64,000 nucleotides of DNA from Acholeplasmataceae bacterium UBA6150 (lineage in GTDB: Bacteria; Bacillota_I; Bacilli_A; Acholeplasmatales; UBA5453), in the NCBI GenBank assembly GCA_002423145.1, contig DIUU01000002.1, forward strand, positions 2,194-66,193, given 5' to 3'. Made by a program: the position numbers and the translations under genes. The number at the start of each line of letters is the position of its first letter. Position 1 is the first letter of the stretch. The notes beneath the pieces are model-generated. The model did no database searches. It worked only from the letters and a program-made list of their open reading frames with translations, and was not told the origin of the DNA. Below are positions 51,805-60,631 of this stretch, piece after piece.

Positions 51805-52479
51805 ATGTCTATACTAAATATAATTAAAGGCAGACTCATCGTAAGTTGCCAAGCATTAGAAAATGAGCCACTTCATGGACCAGATATCATGAGGAAAATG
51901 GCAAAAGCCGCCAAGGAAGGTGGAGCAGTTGCCATTCGAGCTAATGGTGTTTTAGACATCATCGCGATTAAAGAAGAAACCCAATTACCTGTCATCGGAT
52001 TAATCAAACGTGATTATCCAAAGTGTGAGGTTTATATTACACCAACCATCAAAGAAATCGATGATTTAATTAGTTCTGGATGTGAGATTATCGCGATGGA
52101 CGCGACAAATCGCTGTCATCCTGATCATGTCAGCTTAATTGAAAAAGTAAATCGGATTCATCAAGCAAATCGCTTGGCTATGGCTGATATTTCGACTATT
52201 GAAGAAGCACTTCAAGCCCAAGCCTTGGGTTTTGACATTGTATCTACAACCCTCTCTGGATACACACCTTATTCACCACAACAAGATGCTCCGGATGTCG
52301 AACTGATTGGTAAATGTGTTAAAGCACTAACGATTCCTGTAATTGCTGAAGGAAGAATATTTTCTGTTGAAGATATCAAAGCAGTTAAAGCCCAAAATCC
52401 TTTTGCAATCGTCGTTGGCAGTGCCATTACAAGGCCTCAACTCATTACCAAACGGTTTGCGGATGCCTACTCAGAATAA
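51805..52479 (+). CDS. nanE: N-acetylmannosamine-6-phosphate 2-epimerase
   Basis: LIVSCQA, AIRAN, PVIGLIKR, YITPT, TTLSGYT, IAEGR, VVGSAITRP. Confidence 0.95.
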   Translation: MSILNIIKGRLIVSCQALENEPLHGPDIMRKMAKAAKEGGAVAIRANGVLDIIAIKEETQLPVIGLIKRDYPKCEVYITPTIKEIDDLISSGCEIIAMDATNRCHPDHVSLIEKVNRIHQANRLAMADISTIEEALQAQALGFDIVSTTLSGYTPYSPQQDAPDVELIGKCVKALTIPVIAEGRIFSVEDIKAVKAQNPFAIVVGSAITRPQLITKRFADAYSE

Positions 52480-52497
52480 AAACTAAATAAAAAGAAA

Positions 52498-52535
52498 AAC
52501 GATAGAAATCAAATGATCTCTATCGTTATTTTTTT
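52498..52535. terminator. Bidirectional terminator between nanE and trxB
   Basis: AACGATAGAAATC-AAAT-GATCTCTATCGTT flanked by A and T runs. Confidence 0.75.
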
Positions 52536-53374
52536 AGTTGTTTTTTGATGGCAATCGCTGCGTGCATCCCATCAGATACAGCTTTCGCAACTTGTAAGAC
52601 CCCACCGACGGTATCGCCTGCGGCGTATAACCCTTCGATGTTTGTCATGAAATTTGCGTCTACGACTATATTGGTATTTTCAACAATCGCACCGATGCGA
52701 GTTGCGAATTCTACAGCACCAGGTGAACCCAAGGCGATAAAAATGCCATCCACATCATATGAACCTTTGGCTGTAACGATGGTGGTAGCTCTTTCTTCAT
52801 CCCCAGTAATTTCAACAATGGGTTCAGAAATGACAGGATACTCTACATCCACAGTCAAAGGATTACCGTTGGTGAATATTTGGATATCTTCGGTTAAAAA
52901 CTCCATGTCCTTAAGTTCATGTAACATATAGTCATTGTATCCTACCAGTGCTAGTTTTTTCTTCCTAAAAAAGAATCCATCACAGGTAACACAAAAACTG
53001 ATGCCTTTACCACGATACTTTTGGAACCCTTTGATTCTTAAGGTAGTTCTCGGTTTTCCTGTCGCTAATAGAACGGTTTTACCCTCAAAAACACTATTTT
53101 TTGTTGTCACAGTGAAATGCTCATATTTATCTATTGCAATCACTTCATCATGTAAAACTTCTACACCAATCTCGTTGGCTTGTTTTACCCCACGCTCAAT
53201 AAGCTCCGTGCCGGTAATACCCCCAGGAAAGCCATAGTAATTATCAATGATGACGCCATCATATAGCGAACCATTGTCTTTACCAATGACTAAAACGCTC
53301 TTGTTAGAACGTTTGAGGTAAATCGCGGCTGAAATCCCAGATGGACCCTTGCCGATGATGATTGTATCGAACAT
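52526..53374 (-). CDS. trxB: Thioredoxin reductase-like NAD(P)/FAD oxidoreductase
   Basis: IIGKGPSG, LLATG, GISFCVTCDG, GLYAAGD; adjacent to thioredoxin. Confidence 0.82.
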   Translation of the reverse strand: MFDTIIIGKGPSGISAAIYLKRSNKSVLVIGKDNGSLYDGVIIDNYYGFPGGITGTELIERGVKQANEIGVEVLHDEVIAIDKYEHFTVTTKNSVFEGKTVLLATGKPRTTLRIKGFQKYRGKGISFCVTCDGFFFRKKKLALVGYNDYMLHELKDMEFLTEDIQIFTNGNPLTVDVEYPVISEPIVEITGDEERATTIVTAKGSYDVDGIFIALGSPGAVEFATRIGAIVENTNIVVDANFMTNIEGLYAAGDTVGGVLQVAKAVSDGMHAAIAIKKQLKK

Positions 53375-53375
53375 A

Positions 53376-53687
53376 TTAAACGCCTAGAGCTTTTCTGAGT
53401 TCTTCCTTAGAGCGTACACCAATGATGCTGTTAACGACTTTTCCGCCTTTGAAAATCAATACGGTTGGGATTGACATGATTCTAAATTGGTTTGCAAGTT
53501 CAGATTGGTCATCTACGTTTAATTTTGCAACAACGGCTAACCCTTTAACTTCCTCTGATAATGATTCAACGATGGGTCCTAACATTTGGCAAGGACGGCA
53601 CCAAGCTGCCCAGAAATCGACTAAAACGGGTTGTTTGGATTCTAAAACAACACTCTTAAAATTTTCTTTGTTAATAGCTACGGTCAT
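53376..53687 (-). CDS. trxA: Thioredoxin
   Basis: VDFWAAWCRPC, KLNVD, MSIPT. Confidence 0.93.
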   Translation of the reverse strand: MTVAINKENFKSVVLESKQPVLVDFWAAWCRPCQMLGPIVESLSEEVKGLAVVAKLNVDDQSELANQFRIMSIPTVLIFKGGKVVNSIIGVRSKEELRKALGV

Positions 53688-53722
53688 GATTTGACTCCTC
53701 CTATAATAAAATTACTGTTGTT

Positions 53723-53751
53723 ATTATACATATTTGACGAAGAGAAATCTA
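53723..53751 (-). promoter_or_regulatory. Promoter of trxA-trxB
   Basis: Minus strand TAGATT-17 bp-TATAAT; a divergent TGTTATAAT for ecfA1 lies at 53772-53780. Confidence 0.5.
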
Positions 53752-53806
53752 GTAGTTTGCAACAATTATTATGTTATAATAGATAAGTACTCTAGTAGGT
53801 GATTAA

Positions 53807-54622
53807 ATGACTAAAATTAAGGTTGAAAACCTCAAATTTTCATATAACAATAAAGACGAAGCCATCCAAAATCTCTCTTTTGAAATTCAAGAAGGCGATT
53901 GGGTTTGTATTGTTGGACACAACGGTTCAGGGAAAAGCACACTCGCGAAATTACTCATTGGCCTCCTCAAAGCCGATGCCGGAACGATCGTGATTGATGG
54001 TTTAGAAATGAATGAAAAAACGGTTCAAGAGATTCGTAAAAAGGTCGGTATCGTATTCCAAAATCCAGACAATCAATTTGTCGGTGTCACTGTGAAACAT
54101 GACATCGCTTTTGGACTGGAAAACCAATGTGTATCCCAACCTGATATGATTAAATTGGTCGATGAATATGTGAATATTGTTGGCATGAAAGACTACTTAA
54201 ATAAAGAACCTCATCAATTGTCTGGTGGACAAAAACAAAGGGTCGCGATTGCTGGCGCTTTGGCGATGAATCAAGACATCATGATTTTCGATGAAGCTAC
54301 CTCGATGCTTGACCCTGAAGGGGTGAGAGACATCACCGATTTCATTGTCAAACTCAACAAAGACTTTAAAAAAACCATCATTACCATCACACATGATTTA
54401 GAGTTTGCTAAAAAAGCGGACCAAATGATTGTACTTAATAAAGGGAAAGTTGCATTAACCGGAACACCTGACGATGTTTTCAGCCACAAAAACATCTTAG
54501 AAGAAACCGATCTTAACATCCCATTTGGCATGCGCGTTTTTGATCGTGCAAGCAAAGATGAATTACTACAGAAAGATGAAGCATTGGTAAAGGCACTATG
54601 GGCATACAGTTTAACCAAGTAA
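53807..54622 (+). CDS. ecfA1: ECF transporter ATPase A1
   Basis: GHNGSGKST, VFQNPDNQFVG, LSGGQKQR, DEATSMLD. Confidence 0.93.
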   Translation: MTKIKVENLKFSYNNKDEAIQNLSFEIQEGDWVCIVGHNGSGKSTLAKLLIGLLKADAGTIVIDGLEMNEKTVQEIRKKVGIVFQNPDNQFVGVTVKHDIAFGLENQCVSQPDMIKLVDEYVNIVGMKDYLNKEPHQLSGGQKQRVAIAGALAMNQDIMIFDEATSMLDPEGVRDITDFIVKLNKDFKKTIITITHDLEFAKKADQMIVLNKGKVALTGTPDDVFSHKNILEETDLNIPFGMRVFDRASKDELLQKDEALVKALWAYSLTK

Positions 54623-55449
54623 GCTACTTTTATCGTGGCGTTAAAAACGAGACTTACGAAGCCATTAATCAAATATCGATAGCCATCCGTGATGGTGAAT
54701 TTGTCGCGATTTGTGGACAAACCGGCAGTGGAAAAACCACGCTAGTTCAACACATGAACGCATTATTGAAACCAACCCGTGGGACGGTTCAAATCTATGA
54801 ACATACCATTCCGATTAAAGATCGAAAAACAAAAATTGGTCCAATCCGTAAAAAAGTTGGGCTTGTTTTTCAATTTCCAGAATACCAATTATTTGAAGAA
54901 ACCATCTTGAAAGACATCATGTTCGGACCACTAAACTTTGGATTATCTTTAAAGGATGCAGAAGAAAAAGCCCGTCACGCTGCGATGTTGGTTGGATTAG
55001 ACGAAGAAATTCTTGAAAAATCACCCTTCCGTATCAGTGGGGGACAAATGCGTCGTGTCGCGATTGCAGGCATCCTTGCGATGGAGCCTGAAATGCTCGT
55101 TTTGGATGAACCAACCCGTGGCTTAGACCCGAAAGGTTCAGATGAAATGATGGCATTATTCAACGATCTACATGTCAAACACGGGAAAACCATTGTTTTA
55201 ATTACCCACGATATGGACATCGTTGCTAAGTATGCAAAACGCATATTGGTCATGGATAAAGGTAAAATTAAGTTTGACGGCACAAGAGAGTTGCTATTCA
55301 TTTCAGACGAATTTGAAAAACTGCATTTAGCGAAACCACATGCCTACCGCATGATGGAATATCTATCTAAACAATTAGGCTACCCATTTAAACAAGTGTT
55401 TACCGAAGATGAACTCCTCGATTATATGAGGGAGGTGCACCATGAATAA
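54598..55449 (+). CDS. ecfA2: ECF transporter ATPase A2
   Basis: GQTGSGKTT, VFQFPEYQLFEET, SGGQMRR, LDEPT. Confidence 0.93.
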   Translation: MGIQFNQVSYFYRGVKNETYEAINQISIAIRDGEFVAICGQTGSGKTTLVQHMNALLKPTRGTVQIYEHTIPIKDRKTKIGPIRKKVGLVFQFPEYQLFEETILKDIMFGPLNFGLSLKDAEEKARHAAMLVGLDEEILEKSPFRISGGQMRRVAIAGILAMEPEMLVLDEPTRGLDPKGSDEMMALFNDLHVKHGKTIVLITHDMDIVAKYAKRILVMDKGKIKFDGTRELLFISDEFEKLHLAKPHAYRMMEYLSKQLGYPFKQVFTEDELLDYMREVHHE

Positions 55450-56416
55450 TATTACCATTGGTCAATATGTCCATGGGGACTCCTGGATTTATAAAATGGA
55501 CCCTCGCGTAAAAATCATCAGCTTGATGTTATCGATGGTGATTACATTCATGATTCCTTCGTTCACATTAATGGCAGTATTGCTAGGTCTAACCGTCTTA
55601 ATGGTATTGACCACAGGTATCCCATTTTTAAAGATGATTCGTGGGATGAAAGCTTTGTTATTTTTATTAACATTTACCTTCATCATTCAAATATTTAATA
55701 TCCGAACTGGCAATTTATTGCTGGATGTGGATATGACCCTTGGGTGGGTTTCCATCGCTGTTATGATTGCCATCGTGGTTTTATACAACGTCTTTAAAAA
55801 ACGTTTTAAATACCGCGCAACCCTGTTTTTACTGATGATCGTTTCTTTATTTATAGTCCAGTATTTATTGCCTTACGGACAAATTTGGCGTTATGATTTT
55901 ATGATTTATTCGGATGGTTTATACCGCACTGGATTCCTATTATTTAGAATCATGGTGATAATCATACTATCTTCACTACTCACTTTTACAACCATGACAA
56001 CGGATTTAAATAACGGATTAGAAGCCGTCATGAAGCCTTTAGAATGGGTTAAGTTCCCAGTGGCTGAACTATCGATGATGTTGTCACTAACATTGAGATT
56101 TATCCCTACTTTATTAGAAGAAACCCAAAAGATCATGAAAGCCCAAGCCTCTCGTGGGGTTGAATTTAGTGAATCTACTTTAAAGAAAAAGATTTCACAA
56201 ATGATTTCTTTATTGATTCCGATTTTCATCATTTCATTTAAACGCGCTGAAGATTTGGCGAATGCAATGGAATCTCGAGGGTATGTAATAGGTCAAAAGC
56301 GTACAAAAATTGATATCATGCAAATACGCTATTTAGATGTTTTAACCATCATAACACTGTTTGCGCTATTAACCATTGTCATACTAATGAATACAGGTTT
56401 ACTCTATGCGCTATAA
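55442..56416 (+). CDS. ecfT: ECF transporter transmembrane component T
   Basis: DPRVK, LRFIPTL, AQASRG, AMESRGY. Confidence 0.93.
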   Translation: MNNITIGQYVHGDSWIYKMDPRVKIISLMLSMVITFMIPSFTLMAVLLGLTVLMVLTTGIPFLKMIRGMKALLFLLTFTFIIQIFNIRTGNLLLDVDMTLGWVSIAVMIAIVVLYNVFKKRFKYRATLFLLMIVSLFIVQYLLPYGQIWRYDFMIYSDGLYRTGFLLFRIMVIIILSSLLTFTTMTTDLNNGLEAVMKPLEWVKFPVAELSMMLSLTLRFIPTLLEETQKIMKAQASRGVEFSESTLKKKISQMISLLIPIFIISFKRAEDLANAMESRGYVIGQKRTKIDIMQIRYLDVLTIITLFALLTIVILMNTGLLYAL

Positions 56417-57128
56417 ACTTACATTTGCTTACGACGGGACCGATTACCAAGGCTTTCAAAGTCAAAAGAATGGGCTAGGGATACAAACCGTCTTAGAAGA
56501 AACTTTAAGTAAGATTGCGAAAGAAAAAATCGAAGTGGTTGCTTCAGGAAGAACCGATAAAGGTGTACATGCATTAGGTCAAGTGTGTCATTTTGATACG
56601 CTAAATAAAATGTCGTGCAACGCCTGGTTGAGAGCATTAAACACGTATTTACCAAACGATATTGCAGCATTAGATGTGGAGGTTGTGGATGATGCATTCC
56701 ATGCCCGTTTCCATGTCACAAAGAAATGCTATGTATATGTGATTGCGAAAGATTATAATTTATTTAGAAGGCACCACGAGGCTTACATCCCCTACCCATT
56801 GGATTTTGAGGTTATGGTTGAAGCGACTAAAAAACTCGAAGGTACCCATGATTTTAAAGGCTTTGGCGTGTATGTAGAACATAAGCCTACCATCAAAACC
56901 TTGTTTCAATCTAGTTTAGAAGAAACCGACACGCATTATATTTTTACATTCATCGCCGATGGATTTTTGAAATATATGGTGCGTAGTATGGTAGGAACCA
57001 TCGTGGACATCGGTAGAGGTAAATTACCATTATCGGTCATCGATATCATATTAGAAAACCAAGATCGAACCAAAGTGGGCAAGACTTCAGCACCGGAAGG
57101 TCTGTATTTGAAACAAGTTTGGTATTAG
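56406..57128 (+). CDS. truA: tRNA pseudouridine(38-40) synthase
   Basis: YDGTDYQGFQ, SGRTDKGVHA, FHARF, GFLKYMVR, APEGLYL. Confidence 0.96.
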   Translation: MRYKLTFAYDGTDYQGFQSQKNGLGIQTVLEETLSKIAKEKIEVVASGRTDKGVHALGQVCHFDTLNKMSCNAWLRALNTYLPNDIAALDVEVVDDAFHARFHVTKKCYVYVIAKDYNLFRRHHEAYIPYPLDFEVMVEATKKLEGTHDFKGFGVYVEHKPTIKTLFQSSLEETDTHYIFTFIADGFLKYMVRSMVGTIVDIGRGKLPLSVIDIILENQDRTKVGKTSAPEGLYLKQVWY

Positions 57129-57140
57129 GAGGAGGCAATC

Positions 57141-57755
57141 ATGTTTATTACATTTGAAGGCGGAGAAGGTTCAGGGAAAACCACCCTAATCCAAGCTTTA
57201 GTGAAGTGGCTGAAAGAAAATAAAGTCGACTGTGTTGCGACCCGTGAACCAGGCGGTTCGGATATTGCAGAAAAGATTAGAGCCATCATTTTGGATCAAC
57301 AAAATACACACATGAGAGCGAGAACAGAAGCGCTTCTTTTCGCAGCTGCACGTGTTCAACATTTGGAAGAAACCGTCATTCCAGCCTTAGAAAAGGGAAA
57401 AATTGTACTTTGTGATCGCTATATCGATTCGTCTTTAGCCTATCAAGGTCATGCGAGGGAACTCGGTTTTGATGCGATTCTAAAAATCAATACATTTGCC
57501 CTAGAACATATGCCTGATGTGACCGTGTATATTAAATCTGACCCATCGATTGGATTGGCACGAATCAAGTCTAGAGAAAACAATCGTTTAGACTTGGAAA
57601 AGTTAGAGTTTCATAACAAAGTCCAAGAAGGCTACTTAAAACTGGCTGCGATGTATCCAAACCGTTATATTGTCATTGACGGTGATAAAACGATGCAAGA
57701 AGTCATCGATGACGTGAAAGCCCATTTAAAGGATGTGCTTTTATGCCGACCATAA
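57141..57755 (+). CDS. tmk: Thymidylate kinase
   Basis: FITFEGGEGSGKTT, TREPGG, CDRYIDSSLAYQG. Confidence 0.96.
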   Translation: MFITFEGGEGSGKTTLIQALVKWLKENKVDCVATREPGGSDIAEKIRAIILDQQNTHMRARTEALLFAAARVQHLEETVIPALEKGKIVLCDRYIDSSLAYQGHARELGFDAILKINTFALEHMPDVTVYIKSDPSIGLARIKSRENNRLDLEKLEFHNKVQEGYLKLAAMYPNRYIVIDGDKTMQEVIDDVKAHLKDVLLCRP

Positions 57756-58681
57756 AACAACACATCATCCTTGAACAGTTTAAAAAAGCAATCCACAAAG
57801 ATCGCCTAAGCCACCTATATTTATTTACAGGACCCAAAGGATCAGGTAAAAAAGAACTGGCGTTTGAAATTGCCAATGCATTATTACTCAAAAAACCCAA
57901 TGGGGCGACACAACTCAAAGAATCTGGTCATGTCAATTTGATGTTCATTGAACCCTCAGGACAAAATATAAAAAAAGAACAAATCATCGACTTACAGAAC
58001 GAATTTTCCAAAACATCACTCACCAGTGGCGCACGCGTCTATATTATCGATGAAGTCGATAAGCTATCGACAGCTGCCGCCAACGGGTTACTTAAATTTT
58101 TAGAAGAACCCCTATCCAAACAAACCATTGGATTTTTATTGTCGGACAACCCTGAGCAAGTGTTACCTACCATTCAATCCAGAAGTCAAATTATATTTTT
58201 AAAACCCCGCAGTGAATCCGAACTTTCAGCAGAATTAAAACTAGAGGGTATCGATGCTTATTTGGCAGAATTTTTACCCTACTTAAATAAAGATAAAGCT
58301 CAAGTATTGAATATGGCTAAGTCCGATCAAATGATGGAACTGGCTAATTGTGTTAAAAATTATCACAAGACATTATTAAAAAAAGAGTCCATCTGGTTAT
58401 TATTTGAAACCAAAATGGGACTCATTCGCTCTGAAAAACCGTTGTTAATTCAGTTTTTAGAGCTACTTATGATTTATTATTTGGACTTATTAAAAACGAA
58501 AAATAAAGAGATTATTGCTTTCGAAGTGTTCTCAGATGACTATGAAATCATCGCGAATTTGATCTCTATGGAAGATATTTTAAAGCATTTAAAACAAATT
58601 CAAACGATTTTGTACAGATTAAACTATAATATTAATATAGAGATGGCACTGACACAACTCGTGCTCGAACTCCAAAGTTAA
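57743..58681 (+). CDS. holB: DNA polymerase III delta-prime subunit
   Basis: HLYLFTGPKGSGK, AANGLLKFLEEP, LPTIQSR; follows tmk. Confidence 0.9.
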   Translation: MPTIKQHIILEQFKKAIHKDRLSHLYLFTGPKGSGKKELAFEIANALLLKKPNGATQLKESGHVNLMFIEPSGQNIKKEQIIDLQNEFSKTSLTSGARVYIIDEVDKLSTAAANGLLKFLEEPLSKQTIGFLLSDNPEQVLPTIQSRSQIIFLKPRSESELSAELKLEGIDAYLAEFLPYLNKDKAQVLNMAKSDQMMELANCVKNYHKTLLKKESIWLLFETKMGLIRSEKPLLIQFLELLMIYYLDLLKTKNKEIIAFEVFSDDYEIIANLISMEDILKHLKQIQTILYRLNYNINIEMALTQLVLELQS

Positions 58682-58693
58682 GAAGGTGAATAC

Positions 58694-59497
58694 ATGCTTG
58701 TTGCACAAGTACAGTTTAGGCAGGCTGGTAAAAGATACTATTTTAATCCAAATCAATTGACGGTGAATGACCAAAGTCTCGTGGTTGTTGAAACCATCCG
58801 TGGAATTGAATTGGGCAAGGTAGTTGGGAAGCTTGTAGAAGTTAAAGAAGAAGAATTACAAAACGAACTTAAGCCGATTTTAAGGCTGGCTACAGATAAC
58901 GATATCGAAGAAAATGATTACAATAAGAGTTTAGAATTACAAGTCATGAAAGTGACTAAAGACTTGGTTAGACAAAATCAACTCGATATGAAACTGTTGG
59001 CTGCTGAATATACACTCGATCGTGATCGTTTGGTCGTTTATTTTGAATCTGAGAACCGAGTGGATTTCAGACAACTCGTCAAAGATTTATCCGAAAGTTT
59101 CAAGACTCGTATCGAACTTAGACAAGTCGGTTCTAGAGATGGCGCGAAATTCATTGGTGGCATCGGACCGTGTGGTTTAATTACCTGCTGCACAACATTC
59201 ATTGGTGAATTTGATAACGTATCTATCAAGATGGCGAAAAATCAAAATTTATCCTTGAATCCACAAAAAATCAGTGGAAATTGTGGCAAATTGCTTTGTT
59301 GTATAAAATTCGAAAATAGTGTCTACGAAGAACTACGAATCAATATGCCTGATGTGGGCGAAAAAATTAAAACCAAAGAAGGCAACGCGACTGTCATTGG
59401 TATCAATATTCTCAAACAACAATTGAAAGTTGCCTACGAAGGCGGCGGTTTTGGTTACGAATTATTGAAGGACATCGAAAAGAAAAATGCAAATTGA
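58694..59497 (+). CDS. ricT: RicT/YaaT (PSP1 domain) protein
   Basis: RVDFRQLVKDL, RIELRQVG.RD, GPCG..CC, KISGNCGKLLCC. Confidence 0.92.
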   Translation: MLVAQVQFRQAGKRYYFNPNQLTVNDQSLVVVETIRGIELGKVVGKLVEVKEEELQNELKPILRLATDNDIEENDYNKSLELQVMKVTKDLVRQNQLDMKLLAAEYTLDRDRLVVYFESENRVDFRQLVKDLSESFKTRIELRQVGSRDGAKFIGGIGPCGLITCCTTFIGEFDNVSIKMAKNQNLSLNPQKISGNCGKLLCCIKFENSVYEELRINMPDVGEKIKTKEGNATVIGINILKQQLKVAYEGGGFGYELLKDIEKKNAN

Positions 59498-60245
59498 AAA
59501 TGAACTTTTAGGTTATCCACGACTAAAAATCATTCAAGACCCCGAGATGTTTTCATTTTCTATTGACTCCATCCTGTTGGGTGATTTTGTCAAAATTAAA
59601 AAAAATACCAAGCGTATTATGGACTTATGTACTGGAAACGCGGCTATTCCACTGTATTTATCGGTTAAAACCAAAGCGGAAATCCATGGTGTAGAAATTC
59701 AAGAAAAAGTGTATAATATGGCGCTTAAGGGGGTTCAATTGAACCAACTAGAGAGCCAAATCCATTTACATCATCGCGATTTAAAGGGGATAGCTAAAGA
59801 CGTCGGGAAGTTATCTTTTGATATCGTGACTGCGAACCCACCCTTTTTCAAAGTACCCAATGAACCCCATTTGAATAAAAATGAGTATTTAACCATCGCA
59901 CGACATGAAGTCATGCTCACACTTGAGGAACTCATCGTTGAAGCACACGCACTATTGAATAATGGTGGCTCATTTTATTTGGTTCACAGGCCTGACCGAT
60001 TAACCGATATTTTAAGTTTGCTGCGAAAGCATGATCTAGAACCTAAACGCATGCGTTTGGTTCAACCTAGACGAAACAACCAACCCAATCACGTACTGAT
60101 TGAAGCGGTTAAAAACAGATTACAAGGTGGTTTAATTGTCGAGACCCCTTTAGTGGTTTACCACAAAGGTGACTGGACAAAAGCCATACTAAACATATAT
60201 AACATTGGGAGGGATTCATATGTTACTCAGTCTATTAAATCGTAA
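59487..60245 (+). CDS. tRNA1(Val) adenine(37)-N6 methyltransferase (YabB-like)
   Basis: FSIDSILL, DLCTGN, NPPF, IARHE, VHRPDRL. Confidence 0.88.
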   Translation: MQIENELLGYPRLKIIQDPEMFSFSIDSILLGDFVKIKKNTKRIMDLCTGNAAIPLYLSVKTKAEIHGVEIQEKVYNMALKGVQLNQLESQIHLHHRDLKGIAKDVGKLSFDIVTANPPFFKVPNEPHLNKNEYLTIARHEVMLTLEELIVEAHALLNNGGSFYLVHRPDRLTDILSLLRKHDLEPKRMRLVQPRRNNQPNHVLIEAVKNRLQGGLIVETPLVVYHKGDWTKAILNIYNIGRDSYVTQSIKS

Positions 60246-60630
60246 AGAAAAATTGAAATTCCTAGATTTAGCCATTCACATGGTTTCCGTTGATGGGGCA
60301 CCTAATGTGTACGAAAAACGGATTTTAAACATGATGTTGGCCGAAGTTGGAGACGACATTTATAAGGAATATACATTTACACTCGCAAGTGACAAAGAAG
60401 CCACAGTAGCGTTTTTTGTTACACAACCTAAAGCGACTCGTCATATTGTGTTATTGAATTTGTTAAAACTATCGATGTTCGATGACCTATACAATACCTC
60501 AGAACACTTTTTCATCGATAACGTGAGAAGACAATTTAAAGTTGGGGTAGCGAAACGCAAAGAATTGATGCGTGTAATCTACGCAGAACGAGATTGGCAC
60601 GAACAAGCCAAACGCGTTTGTATCGAGTAA
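60220..60630 (+). CDS. Hypothetical helical protein, possibly TerB-like
   Basis: FLDLAIHMVSVDG...EKRIL and a second DDLY..SEHFF helix pair recall TerB-like repeats; ATG 60220 after GAGGG. Confidence 0.55.
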   Translation: MLLSLLNRKEKLKFLDLAIHMVSVDGAPNVYEKRILNMMLAEVGDDIYKEYTFTLASDKEATVAFFVTQPKATRHIVLLNLLKLSMFDDLYNTSEHFFIDNVRRQFKVGVAKRKELMRVIYAERDWHEQAKRVCIE

Positions 60631-60631
60631 C

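Noticed and set aside
19639..52535. TAAATAAAAA...GTTATTTTT similarity at both ends of the glycan locus considered as att sites
   Set aside because: Low-complexity A/T tracts belonging to terminators; no integrase or tRNA target nearby
52545..53694. Plus-strand ORFs opposite trxB/trxA
   Set aside because: Antisense shadows of clearly recognisable minus-strand genes
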